Below are positions 23,094 through 34,193 of a stretch of DNA of 64,000 nucleotides, piece by piece. The position numbers and the translations under genes were made by a program. Position 1 is the first letter of the stretch; each line of letters begins with the position of its first letter. The DNA comes from Mobula hypostoma (Eukaryota), in the NCBI RefSeq assembly GCF_963921235.1, contig NC_086108.1:36086001-36150000 (forward strand), written 5' to 3'. The notes under the pieces are model-generated. The model ran no database searches and was not told the DNA's origin. It saw nothing but the letters and a program-made list of their open reading frames with translations.

Positions 23094-23270
23094 TGTTCTA
23101 ACCCCAGTTAATTCCTCAAGAACATTCTGGATGATAGTGCCATCTTTGTGTAAATCCAACTCAATTGCCTTGTATTTGACTCCTTGTTCTCGGAAGAAGT
23201 TCTTTACCCTCTTACAGTGAGGACAATAGGTTTTAGAAAATAAAACCACACAATTTTTTGCAACTTGGTT
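23094..23270 (-). CDS. GLRX2: Glutaredoxin-2, active-site exon (177 nt)
   Basis: Acceptor tttctttcAG and donor GTAAGT, phase 0/0; NQVAKNCVVLFSKTYCPHCKRVK...IELD...LEELTGVRT. Confidence 0.96.
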
Positions 23271-23551
23271 CTGAAAGAAAACACAAATAAGTAACTGCAT
23301 ATTTTTTCTATTTTTAAATTTTTTTCTATTCATATAAACCCAAAATATATTTTACAAGACATCAGAAATGTACCTCCAATTTAGAGTCAGGATGAGGAAA
23401 AATAGTCCTAAGCAAAATTGAAGGTATTTTTTAAACATATCTGAATGTATGTATTTATGATAACTGACCAATTATTGGGACAAACAGAAAATAAGATACA
23501 ATCTAATAGTCATTACAGAGTTGTGGTTGGAAAGTGACTATGGTTGGATAA

Positions 23552-24088
23552 ACGCAAACAACAGGAATTCTGCAGATGCTGGAAATTCAAGCAACACACA
23601 TCAAAGTTGCTGGTGAACGCAGCAGGCCAAGCAGCATCTATAGGAAGAGGCGCAGTCGACGTTTCAGGCCGAGACCCTTCGTCAGGACTAACTGAAGGAA
23701 GAGTGAGTAAGGGATTTGAAAGCTGGAGGGGGAGGGGGAGATGCAAAATGATAGGAGAAGACAGGAGGGGGAGGGATAGAGCCAAGAGCTGGACAGGTGA
23801 TAGGCAAAAGGGGATACGAGAGGATCATGGGACAGGAGGTCCGGGAAGAAAGATGGGGGGGGGTGACCCAGAGGATGGGCAAGAGGTATATTCAGAGGGA
23901 CAGAGGGAGAAAAAGGAGAGTGAGAGAAAGAATGTGTGCATAAAAATGAGTAACAGATGGGGTACGAGGGGGAGGTGGGGCCTAGCGGAAGTTAGAGAAG
24001 AAGGGTCTTGGCCTGAAACGTCGACTGCGCCTCTTCCTATAGATGCTGCTTGGCCTGCTGCGTTCACCAGCAACTTTGATGTGTGTTG
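23552..24088 (-). mobile_element. Penelope-like pseudo-LTR insertion with an inverted terminal copy, inside an old CR1 fragment
   Basis: 13-bp TSD TATGGTTGGATAA (23539-23551, 24089-24101); about 89-bp inverted arms at about 23592-23680 and 24000-24088. Confidence 0.88.
23654..23689 (-). ncRNA. Minimal type-I hammerhead ribozyme motif (Penelope-associated)
   Basis: Minus strand AGTC-CTGACGA-AGGG TCTCGG CCT-GAAA-CGTC-GACT: stem I AGTC/GACT, core CUGANGA and GAAA, palindromic ACGU, GUC cleavage triplet; stem II closed by G-U. Confidence 0.75.
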
Positions 24089-25479
24089 TATGGTTGGATA
24101 ACAAATGTTCCAGGATCCTTAATTTTCAGAATAGACAGGCAAAAGGTGATGGATTCAACCTGCTATTTAAGAATGTGGTCAAGAGCAGCAGGATTTTAAC
24201 TGAGATCTAGAAAATTGTTTTGGGTGGAGTTAAGAAAAAGCAAGGGCAGCAAACACCAAAGGTGTATGGTAAATAGTAACGTAGGGCATAGGTTAAATGA
24301 AGAAATTAGAGGCGCATATAATAAACCTCATAAAATAATTATGGAGATCATTAAGATCATAAGATATAGGTGCAGAATTAGGCCATTTGGCCCATTGTAT
24401 CTGCTCTGCCATTTCATCAAGACTGATCTATTTTCCCTCTCAGCCCCAATCTCCTGCCTTCTCCCTGTATCCCTTCATGCCCTAAGAGTCTATCAACCTC
24501 CACCTTAAATATACCCAGTGACTTGGCCTTCCCCACATCCTCTTAACCATTATTTATTTTTCAAAATTCACAAAGTTTAAAATATTCCAATACAGTTTTG
24601 TTATTCTCTTGTCATACCATATTCACTAATAAAAGCAAATTCCATTTACATGTTACTTATAAATGAGCTAGAAGGTTTGAGTTTATCAATTTGCCTTCAG
24701 AATACATCACATCCAAGATTGCAGCATGAGTAATAGATTCACTATTACAATTCTCAAACTTAAAGAGCAAAGAGCATAAATTGAGGACCTGGCTCCTATT
24801 CAGAGAGATCAGTGAACCCCAGCCAAATGTCCCAAGATGCTTCAATATTACACAGCCTTGTGAAGTTATAGGCAGAGAACTGATTGCTTGGTTGAGAATG
24901 TAGACTTTGAGGAGTATCTTAGGAGGAAACAGGGGTGGAGAGCTGCTGTACAGTTAGAGACGAAAATCTAACAGTTAGGGCTCAAGATGCCCAAATGAAA
25001 AGGCTGTCTGGTCCATCATAGGCACAGCCCTGCCCACTAATGAAAACATCTACATAAGCTGCTACCTCAAGAAGACATCATCCCCATTATCCAGGTCATG
25101 CCCTCTTCTTGCTGCTATGGTAGGGCAGGAGGTACAGAAGTCACACACCACCAGCAGACTGACAAACAACTACTTTCCCACATCCATCATGTTCCTGAGT
25201 CAGCCTGCATAGCCCTAATCCAAACTCAACAACGGAACACTATGGGCCACCCGCTATGTCTTGTTTTGCCCAGTCTTTTTTTTGTTCTTCACTGTCCTGT
25301 GTGTGTGTCTGAATCTACGTGCTGCTGCAAGTGTTTTATTGTATCTTTATCTCACTGTACTTGTGCAGATGACAATCCTCTATTAGTCTGAGGATCCTCA
25401 CGTTGTATATGAGTAACCAGATTGAAATGTAATGTATATTTAAATAATACTTGCACCTTGAGAGGTGAAGGCAACTTAC

Positions 25480-25543
25480 GCGAATAAACTGTAAAGCTGC
25501 CTCATTGTGTTCTTCTGGTAACTTCGTAAAAAAATTCCCCATC
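25480..25543 (-). CDS. GLRX2: Glutaredoxin-2, exon 2 (64 nt, with internal ATG at 25542)
   Basis: G|ATG GGG AAT..., MGNFFTKLPEEHNEAALQFIR; donor GTAAGT in phase 0 with the next exon; size and G-ATG start match vertebrate GLRX2 exon II as recalled; acceptor is GAG. Confidence 0.85.
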
Positions 25544-25799
25544 CTCGCAAATAGAAAACGCATAACGGAGATCTGTGTGTACTAAAACTGATGAAACATG
25601 TTATTTGGGTACAATAAGACATAACAGCTGGTTACACTTTACAAATGTAATACCGTAAATTATAAAGCAGAAGTTTCTATATTACATTATCACAACACTT
25701 TTGGCTTCGGCAGATCAAATGGGTTCTCCAAGCAAATTCTGTTGCACATTAATCCCCGTTACTGAGATGGGGAAACATGAAGTCAAACGATGTTTGGAA

Positions 25800-26560
25800 A
25801 TGTTCCCTCTAAGAGAGACGCGGTGGCGGGTAGGAAGTTTGAAGCAAACCAACCGACTCCGGCGAGCATTTACAGACTGGGCAGAGATAGCAGGGCACGG
25901 CTCGAACCCATCCCGGAGTGATAGCACGTCACAATAAAGGCGTCGGTATCACTTTCACTCTGAAGTTACACGTAGGGAGAGTCTGGGCGCACTAACGGCG
26001 GAGGGTAGTGATCGTGAAATCAATTACTCGTGCAAGCCACGAATCCGAAGATGTCCAGCGAATTAAGTTTTAAAAAGCACAAGCGACGTGTACCTTGAAT
26101 CTGAATATTTATTCTCCACCACCTTTCTGAGTGTACTAATCTCTGTGATTCAAACCTACAACCTGTACCGTTCATGATAATTAAGAAAATTAACACTTTT
26201 CTGGAATCGAAATAATGGAATCAAAATGCAGGATCTTGTCATATCTAGATATTTCAAAACAAAATTATATTTGCGTTACTTTTATTAGAATAGCGTTTGA
26301 TTTGTCGACATTCGGGCTGGAACATTCTGTGCCATTGCCCCTCTATCATACCTGTTTTCGCAGTAATGTATTGGTTGATGGAATAAACTCAGGTACTCAG
26401 AATGGTAGCCGGCCGGTGGTCTATCCGTGCCGGGTTGAGCGTCGAGCGAGCAACTCGTAAGAAAACATAAATGCTGAAGAAACAGCAAGATTGCCGCCCG
26501 GTGCGCCATGCGGCGCTGAAATGAACAACTTCGAGAATGGTGCATTGGAAAGCAAGAAAA
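25800..26560 (-). promoter_or_regulatory. GLRX2: CpG-enriched GLRX2 promoter/first-exon region
   Basis: Locally high CpG density in non-repeat DNA upstream of exon 2, against a CpG-poor background. Confidence 0.6.
26352..26509 (-). CDS. GLRX2: Candidate GLRX2 first coding exon (N-terminal targeting extension)
   Basis: gccgcATGG Kozak context at 26509; open to the donor CAG|GTATGA at 26352 in phase 2, as required by exon 2 (AG+G = Arg); MAHRAAILLFLQHLCFLTSCSLDAQPG...YCENR. No transcript evidence. Confidence 0.55.
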
Positions 26561-27158
26561 CTTTTCTGCCATTTGAGTTGTGTCCTAAATATTTACTATC
26601 CACTTGAAGTAACAGACGGGGCTCCAGTGTTCTGGCAAATAAGATTAACGCTCCCGCAGTTGATGCGTACAAAACATGCACATTCTTGCATTTAATTGCA
26701 ATGGTGGTCCAAATAATTCATACTGAATTAATATTAGGCAAACACCCTGGATGCTGAAAATTGGAAAGAAAGCATGGGAAATTATAGAAATAATCAACAG
26801 GTCAATGAGCAATTTTGGGGAGAATTCATTAAGATTTGAAAACATAAGTTAACAATTTTGAAGGTGAACAGAAAAGAACAGAATCCAAGGTAGGAATATG
26901 GTGGAGGCAAGTTCAAGTTCAAAGTTCACATTATATTTATTATCAAAGAATATATATGTTCCAAATGCACACTACCTTAAGATGTATTTTCTTGCATTTA
27001 TAGGAAAAATACAAAACACAGCAAAAAAAATGCATAAACAAAGACAACACTTACAGCAAAAGACAAACTGCAAATAAGAATAATCCCGAGAACATGAGTT
27101 GTAAAGAGTCCCTGAAAGTGAGGGAGTAGAATCATTTCAGAGTAGTAGAGACCATAAC

Positions 27159-28950
27159 CAGGACTGGACTTTGGGCAGGGCTAGGCTAGGCTGCAGCCCA
27201 GGGGCCAGAGCTGCAGAGGGGCCCAAAATAGGTAGCTATCATCATGGCAGACAAAAAAAGAGTGGAGCACAGAAAAGAAAAAAGAAACAAGAAAAAGAGG
27301 ACCATGAGAAAGAAGCATTAAAAAAGACATTGAAATTGACAGAATTTTTTAACCCTTTTCTCGACGATGATGCAGCACCATCGCTCTTGTCACAGACTGA
27401 GACCGGTGGACAAATGGAGACTTGTTCAACAGCTAGTGCTAGCACCAGCGTTAGCACAGGACCACTGTCCTTGCCACAGTCAGCAGCTAACGTTGAAGAG
27501 GCAGACAGCATGACTTTGGGATTCCCAACCACAGAGGCCTCGGAACAACCAAGTCGGGACGCCATTAATGTTAACATTACCGCTACTGAGGATCCTTACA
27601 GCACTGATCCTGCTCGCTGTGGAAAGGAAACGTTAGACGATTCAGTCCAAGCATACTGGGCTAAGGAAGGGCCAGAGTCCTGCCAGAATAAGGATGAGGA
27701 TATCAAACCTTTGGAACAAGTATACAAACAGCAGATACGTTTTTTTCTCCAAATTTCACTTCAAACGCAAGCTCGTACATGGTGAGTACATATCAAGGCA
27801 ATGGCTCTTATATTCCCCTTCCACTGGCTTTGTGTTTTGTTTTGCATGCCACATCTTCAGTGATGGTAACTGTCAGTCCAGCTTCGAAACTGGCTTTAGC
27901 GACTGGAAACATGCTGACCTGGAGTTAACTTTGTGGAGGAGATTGTCCATTTCAGGGAATTTGTAAGTGGCAAAGATATTTCATCCGCAACAGAGCTTTT
28001 ATGATTCCTCAGAGAAAAAAACTTGTAGGTCATCTTCCCAAATGCAAGCATTGCTTTGAGGATTTACCTGACTTTCCCTGTCACAAATGCAAGTGGTAAG
28101 CGATCTTTCTCCAAGCTCAAGCTACTGAAGAATAGGCTCAGATCCACAATGGGACAGGACAGGCTGAATCATCTTACTCTGATGTCACTTGAAAGTGATC
28201 TTGTTCAGAAACTGGATTTTAGTGATCTGATCAAGGACTTTGCTGCGAAGAAATCCAGAAGAATTAGGCTTTAATTTTGAAAAACAATCATCTGACTTTG
28301 TAAATATCTAGGCTTGTGTGTCAGTGCTGTTCCTGTTTTTGTGGCAATAGGCTAATAGTTCACTGTTTACAAACCTAGTAAGTAATAAGTGGTCTTTACT
28401 CTGCAAGCCACACAGCACAGCAATAGGTTAGTATGTGCTAGCTCTCATTTTTCAAAAAGATTGTTGGAGTATTGTCAAGTTTCCTAGTTTGCCATAGTGC
28501 CATCTCCCTTGGCCTTTTTGTCTCTCATATCCATCTTACTTTCTCAGAACACACGGTTGAGAAAACTGCCTAGATAAAAATGCTTTGGCATAGTTTGAGA
28601 AATAAGGCCTATGGTATTTGCAGCAATAGCTAAATGAAAATTTAAGATTGGGTACATCATACTTCGTCTCCCTCATAACTTTACTAAGCCAACTAAGCCT
28701 GGGTCAATTTTTGAGTACTTTAGATGCTGTCCTTCAAACTAAGAATCTACATTACTGTCTGTCCTCCCTCTTAAGGCCTGTAAGTTTATAGCCTACGTAT
28801 TGTACTAAACCAATGTCTTGGTCCACAGCTGTGATATTTAGACCAGTACGACCTTTGCTCTTGTTCTTGCCTTTTTTTGCTTGGTACAGCAGCATTTTAC
28901 GGTGTTGGCAGAGGCCATTAGGGCCTCCAGCCCCACTAAAACCGGCCCTG
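27159..28950 (+). mobile_element. Internally deleted hAT DNA transposon (TTF-zinc-finger type)
   Basis: TIRs CAGGACTGG.../...CCGGCCCTG; perfect 8-bp TSD ACCATAAC (27151-27158, 28951-28958); RQWLLYSPSTGFVFCFAC...GFSDWKH and hATC dimerisation motif PVTNASGKRSFSKLKLLKNRLRSTMGQDRL. Confidence 0.92.
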
Positions 28951-29206
28951 ACCATAACAGACAGTGAAGGTCCAACAAATACTCTGTTGGAAGAACTGAG
29001 TAGATTGAGCAGCATCTAGGGAAGAAGGACAGCACCTGCAGTATCCAAATAAGCCCCTGATTTAAGCCAAAGAGGATAATAGAGGAACTGAAAGAAATAA
29101 TAAATGGGTCAAGAACAGCTGTAATAGGAACAGCTAAAATTTTAAATAATTGAGTTCTCTGTTACAGTCGGTCCATAACACCATAAACATGTGTAATTAA
29201 AATCAG

Positions 29207-29650
29207 AAACACAAGAGATTTTGCAGATGCTGGAAATCCACAGTAACAATGCTGGAGGAGCTCAGCCAGTTAGGTGGCATCTATGGCAATGAATAAAATT
29301 CACTGTTTCGGGCTAAGACCCATCATGAGGACTGGAAAGGAAGACTAAAGAATAAGAGGGTGGGGGAAGGGGAAGGAGTAAAGCCAGGTGGGTGGGGGAT
29401 TGGGGATGAAGTGAGAGTCTGGATGGTGACGGGTGGAAAAGTTAAAGGGCTGGAAAAGAAGGCATCTGATAGGAGAGGAGAATGGAAGGAGGTGCTCCAG
29501 GGGGAGGTGACAGGCAGTAAGAAGAGAAAAGGTAAGGGGGAGCCAAAGTAGGGAATGGAGAAAGAAGGAAGAGGGAAGGGGAAAATTACAAGAAGTTAGA
29601 GAAATCGATGTTCATGCCATCAGGTTGGAGGCTACTCAGACAGAATATGA
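29207..29650 (-). mobile_element. Penelope-like 3' fragment, diverged
   Basis: Same terminus (GCAGATGCTGGAAAT) and GIY-YIG end as 14715-15470. Confidence 0.75.
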
Positions 29651-29679
29651 ACTGCGCCGCCTGGAAACTCCCAAATTAA

Positions 29680-29860
29680 CCTGAGCCTAATCATGGGACA
29701 ACTTACAATGGCCTACCAACAGGGACATGTTTGGGAGAAACCAGAACACCCAGAGGAAACCCACAATCATGGGGAGAACGTACAACCTCTTTACAGATAG
29801 CGGCGGGAATCTGGGTTGCTGGTACTGTAAAGCGATGTGCTAACCACTATGTTACCGTTC
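29680..29860 (-). mobile_element. V-SINE fragment
   Basis: GGGGAGAACGTACAA...TTACAGATAGC, the reverse complement of a V-domain. Confidence 0.6.
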
Positions 29861-29954
29861 TGTGCTGTCATGCCTTCTTTGTAATTACATCTGTATGTTG
29901 GGCCCAGAATAAATCTTCGGAGTTGCTGACACTCAGGAACGTGAAACTTCTCAT

Positions 29955-30680
29955 CCACAAAGGAACACATAGCAATCCTCATAGAGGGATCAGAAGTGGA
30001 GAGAGTGAGCAGTTTCAAGTTCCTGGGTGTCAAGATCTCTGAGGATCTAACCTGGTCCCAACATATCGATACATTTATAAAGAAGGCAAGGCAGCGACTA
30101 TACTTCATTGGGAGTTGGAAGGCATTTGGTATGTCAACAAATACACTCAAAAACTTCTATAGATGTGCTGTGGAAAGCTGCATCACTCTCTGGTAGTGGG
30201 GTGGCGGGCTACTGCACAGGACCGAAAGAAGCTGTAGAGAGTTGTAAATTTAGTCAGCGCCATCTTGGGTATTAGCCTACAAAGTACCCAGGACATCTTC
30301 AAGGAGCAGTGTCTCAGAAAGGCAGCGTCCATTATTAAGGGCCTCCAGCACCCAGGCCATGCCCTTTTCTCATTGTTACCATCAGGTAGGAGGTACAGAA
30401 ACCTGAAGGCACACACTCAGCGATTCAGGGACAGCTTCTTCCCCTCTGCCATCCGATTCCTAAATGGACATGGAACTTGTGAACACTACCTCACTTTATA
30501 ATGAACTCTGCTTTCTGCACAATTTTTGATCTATTCAATATAGGTATACTGTAATTGATTTACTTATTTATTAATTATTATTATTTTTCTTCTTCTATTT
30601 TATGAATTGCTTTGAACTGCTGCTGCTAAGTTAACAAATTTCACGACACATGCTGGTGATAATAAACCTGATTCTGATTC
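29955..30680 (+). mobile_element. Rex1/Babar-type LINE 3' end, inserted in an older minus-strand Rex copy (about 29860-31560)
   Basis: ERVSSFKFLGVKISEDLTWSQH and HPGHALFSLLPSGRRYR; tail AATAAACCTGATTCTGATTC. Confidence 0.8.
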
Positions 30681-31560
30681 TTTACACTGCTGACCCTTCA
30701 CTGAAGACTGGTATGTGTTCCCTTGACTTTCCCTTCCTGAAATCCACATTCAATTCCTTGCTCTTACAAGGTTGTTGTTGCGACACCATACATTCAGCCA
30801 TTCTGTCTCACTTCTGAATGCCTCCTCGACACCATCTGAAATTCTGCCAACAATAGCTGTGTTGTCAGCAAATTTGTAGATGGCATTTGAGCTGTGCCAA
30901 GTCATGGTTGTTAAGAGAGTAGAGCAGTGGACTAAGCACACATACCTGAGGCGTGCCAGTATTGATTGTCAGTGTGAAGGAGATGTTAATTCCGATCTGC
31001 ACAGACTGTGGTTTCCCAATGAGGAAGTCAATAATCCAGTGGCAGAGGGAGGTAGAGACCCAGGTTTTGGAGTTGGTGATTAGAAATGAGGGTATCATCG
31101 TGTTGAACGCTGAGCTGTAATCAATCAACAGCAGTCTGACCTAGGTATTACTATTCTCCAGGTGAATCTAAGGCTGAGTGGAGAGCCAGTGAGATTGTAT
31201 CAAAAGTAGACCAATTGTGGCGAAAGTCAAATTACAGAGGGTCTATGTCCTTGCTTAGGTAGGAGGAGGACGAAGGAGCTGACTCTAGCTATGACCAACC
31301 TCTGAAAGCACTCCATCACAGTACATGTGAGTGTCACTGGACGATAGTCATTGAGACCAAGAAAGAATACCTGCTCTTATTGGGCACTGGTATCTTTGTT
31401 GCCTTTTTGGAGCAGGTGGGAGACTACAACTGCAGCAGTGAGAGATTGAAGCTGTCCTTGAACACTCCCACAAGCTGGTTGGCACAGGTTTTCAGAGCCC
31501 TACCAGGTAGACCATCAGAGCCTGATGACTTGGGGGGTTCACCCTCTTGAAAGATGTTCT
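30680..31560 (-). mobile_element. Rex1/Babar-type LINE RT fragment
   Basis: [34 protein letters not shown]. Confidence 0.8.
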
Positions 31561-31633
31561 GATGTCCAAGCAATGTCTCTTGTACCATAATCAAGAAGTG
31601 TACTGCAAATCTCTAGAAAGGTACTATCGAGAG

Positions 31634-31713
31634 CAGGGGTTCCCAGACTGGGGTCCACAGACCCCTCAGTTAATGGTAAGGGTCCATGTCATAAAAAAGA
31701 TTGGGAACCCCTG
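31634..31713. mobile_element. 80-bp hAT/Charlie-type MITE
   Basis: TIR CAGGGGTTCCCA/TGGGAACCCCTG; 8-bp TSD ATCGAGAG/ATCTAGAG (7 of 8); second copy at 53140-53219. Confidence 0.88.
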
Positions 31714-32459
31714 ATCTAGAGTAATGGGATTTTACAATCAGAAACAGTTAGCAATAAATATTGAGTTCTGTCACTTACACATCATGTTTCAATACTTATG
31801 CATAATTCCTATGGACACGCATCCTAATTTCCATTGCACCACAACTGAGTGTTTCAACTTGTGTGGGAAATTCCTGTCAAAAAATAAACAAGTGCTCCTG
31901 GAAGGTAATTGTACTTTGGTGTTTCCCCATTAGGTATCGTTGCAATAAAGAACTTGGTGATCAGGCACCTTGTACCTCTATCACTTCAGTGCAGTATGAT
32001 ATATTGGTGTACAGTATCTTTATAAACAGGAATAATTAGTGTTGAAATAAATAACTGTTGCCCAAAGCACTGTAGAATACAGCCATCTTCTACCACTAAA
32101 CAAATTTTTCCATCCTTTATTTCTTCAAAAACTGATTTCCTATTTTAGTCTGTTTTGTTGACTCTCCCAGAATATTACAATACTTTGTATGATGGGGGAA
32201 GAGTCTGAATTGGTGCTCCTGCCGGATCAGTATTAAGGAATTGTTAAACTGATACCATTGGCTAAATCATTAACGTTAAATTCAATGAAAAACAATTTCT
32301 CAATTCTGTTATAAATGTCTATCAATGTGGCCTTGCCAACATCACTCAATTTCTATGAAAAACAACTGGCAATTCGAGTTTTGTCATTATTATTGAAGAA
32401 AAATTAATAATTGAAATTGTTTCTTCTAAACTTCAGATTACAACAATGCTGGAAATGGT

Positions 32460-33325
32460 AAAATCTCAGGTGGTGAGGAGAGGGTGTACAGGAGTGAGAT
32501 ATGCCAACTAGTGGAGTGGTGCCGCAGCAACAACCTGGCACTCAACGTCAGTAAGACAAAGGAGCTGATTGTGGAGTTCAGGAATGGTAAGAGGAAGGAA
32601 CCATACCAATCCTCATAGAGGGATCAGAAGTGGAGAGAGTGAGCAGCTTCAAGTTTCTGGGTGTCAAGATCTCTGAGGATCTAACCTGTCCCAACATATT
32701 GATGTAGTTATAAAGAAGGCAAGACAGCAGCTACACTTCATTAGGAGTTTGAAGAGATTTGTCATGTCAACAAATACACTCAAAAACTTCTGTAGTCGTA
32801 CCATGGAGAGCATTCTGACAGGCTGCATCACTGTCTGGTATGGAGGGGTACAGGATCGAAAGAAGCTGCAGACGGTTGTAAATCTAGTCAGCTCCATCTT
32901 GGGCAATAGCCTACAACGTACCTAGGACATCTTTAGGAAGTGGTGTCTCAGGAAGGCAGCGTCCATTATTAAGGATCTCCAGCATCCAGGGCATGCTCTT
33001 TTCTCACTGTTACCATCAGGTAGGAGGTACAGAAGCCTGAAGGCACACACTCAGTGATTCAGGAACCACTTCTTCCCCTCTGCCATCCGATTCCTAAATG
33101 GACATTGAAGCTTTGGCCACTACCTCACTTTTTTAAAAATATATTTTTTGTTTTTGCACTTTTTTAATCTATTCAATATACATAATTGATTTACTTATTT
33201 ATTATTTTTTTATTTGATTGGTTATTATTATCTTTGTCTGCTAGATTATGTATTACATTGAACTGTGGCTGCTGAGTTAACAAATTTCACGTCACATGCC
33301 GGTGATAATAAACCTGATTCTGATA
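32460..33325 (+). mobile_element. Rex1/Babar-type LINE 3' end
   Basis: Highly similar to 29955-30680, same tail. Confidence 0.8.
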
Positions 33326-33611
33326 ACAATGGGTTACATATCAGCAGCATGAGTTCTTCAGTCTTACATGAAAAAGCAAATTTAACAAAGAACACTTAGC
33401 AAAAAGAAAAATAAGTAAGTTTACGGAGAACTAGATACAAAAAATATAGCGGAACGTTCTCAGAAAGTTTACAAAAGTAGGGGAGGAGAGGTAAAAGGGT
33501 GAACAGGAGATATACAAAAGTGGTTCAGCAGCACTGCCAAGTTGCTCTATATTTTTAATATGCAGAGGCTTGGATTATTGACGTAAGTTGAACTCCCATC
33601 ATGAAAATGTA

Positions 33612-33820
33612 AGCTGGCGGTTAGTGTAATGCTATTACAGCACCAGCAACCTGGGTTTTATTCCTGCCTCCGTTTAAGACCATGTGGGTTTCCTCCCATA
33701 TTGCAAAGATGTACAGGTTGGTAGGGTAGTTGGACACACCAGTGTAATTGGGCAGAACAGGCTCACGGAGATGGAAGGGCATGTTACCCCGCTGTATCTT
33801 TAAATAATAAATAAATAAAT
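33612..33820 (+). mobile_element. SINE (tRNA-like head, V-SINE-like body, (AAAT)n tail)
   Basis: GGCGGTTAGTGTAATGCTATTACAGC...CTGGGTTTTATTCC head and TAAATAATAAATAAATAAAT tail. Confidence 0.65.
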
Positions 33821-34193
33821 CCATTCATTAAAAGAGGAGTTACAAGCTAGTTTCATGAAATTGACATTATTGTGAACATTTTTTTTCTATTAAGAAATTT
33901 GCAATCTTTATAGCTAACTGCAGATCTACTGAGGTGTTGAGATAATCTCTGAAATTCTCCAGAGAGCGAGTATAAATGCTGGCCCCAACAGCAACTTCTG
34001 CATCAAAAACAAATGCTGGAAGAACTTAATCAGTCAATTAACTTTAGTGAACTACTGTAAGTTTTCAGGTCGAATACCCTTGATCAGAGAGAAAGGAAGA
34101 CTTGGGCCCAGCTGAAACAACTCTTTCCCTTTCTACAGATGCGGCTTGGCTGGCTGGGTTTTAAAAAAACTCATACAGAACAGGAAGATGCTC

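Noticed and set aside
26090..26175. Alternative GLRX2 first coding exon (MNGTGCRF..., donor AAG|GTACAC)
   Set aside because: Donor is phase 1 relative to that ATG whereas exon 2 needs phase 2; could only be a non-coding leader.
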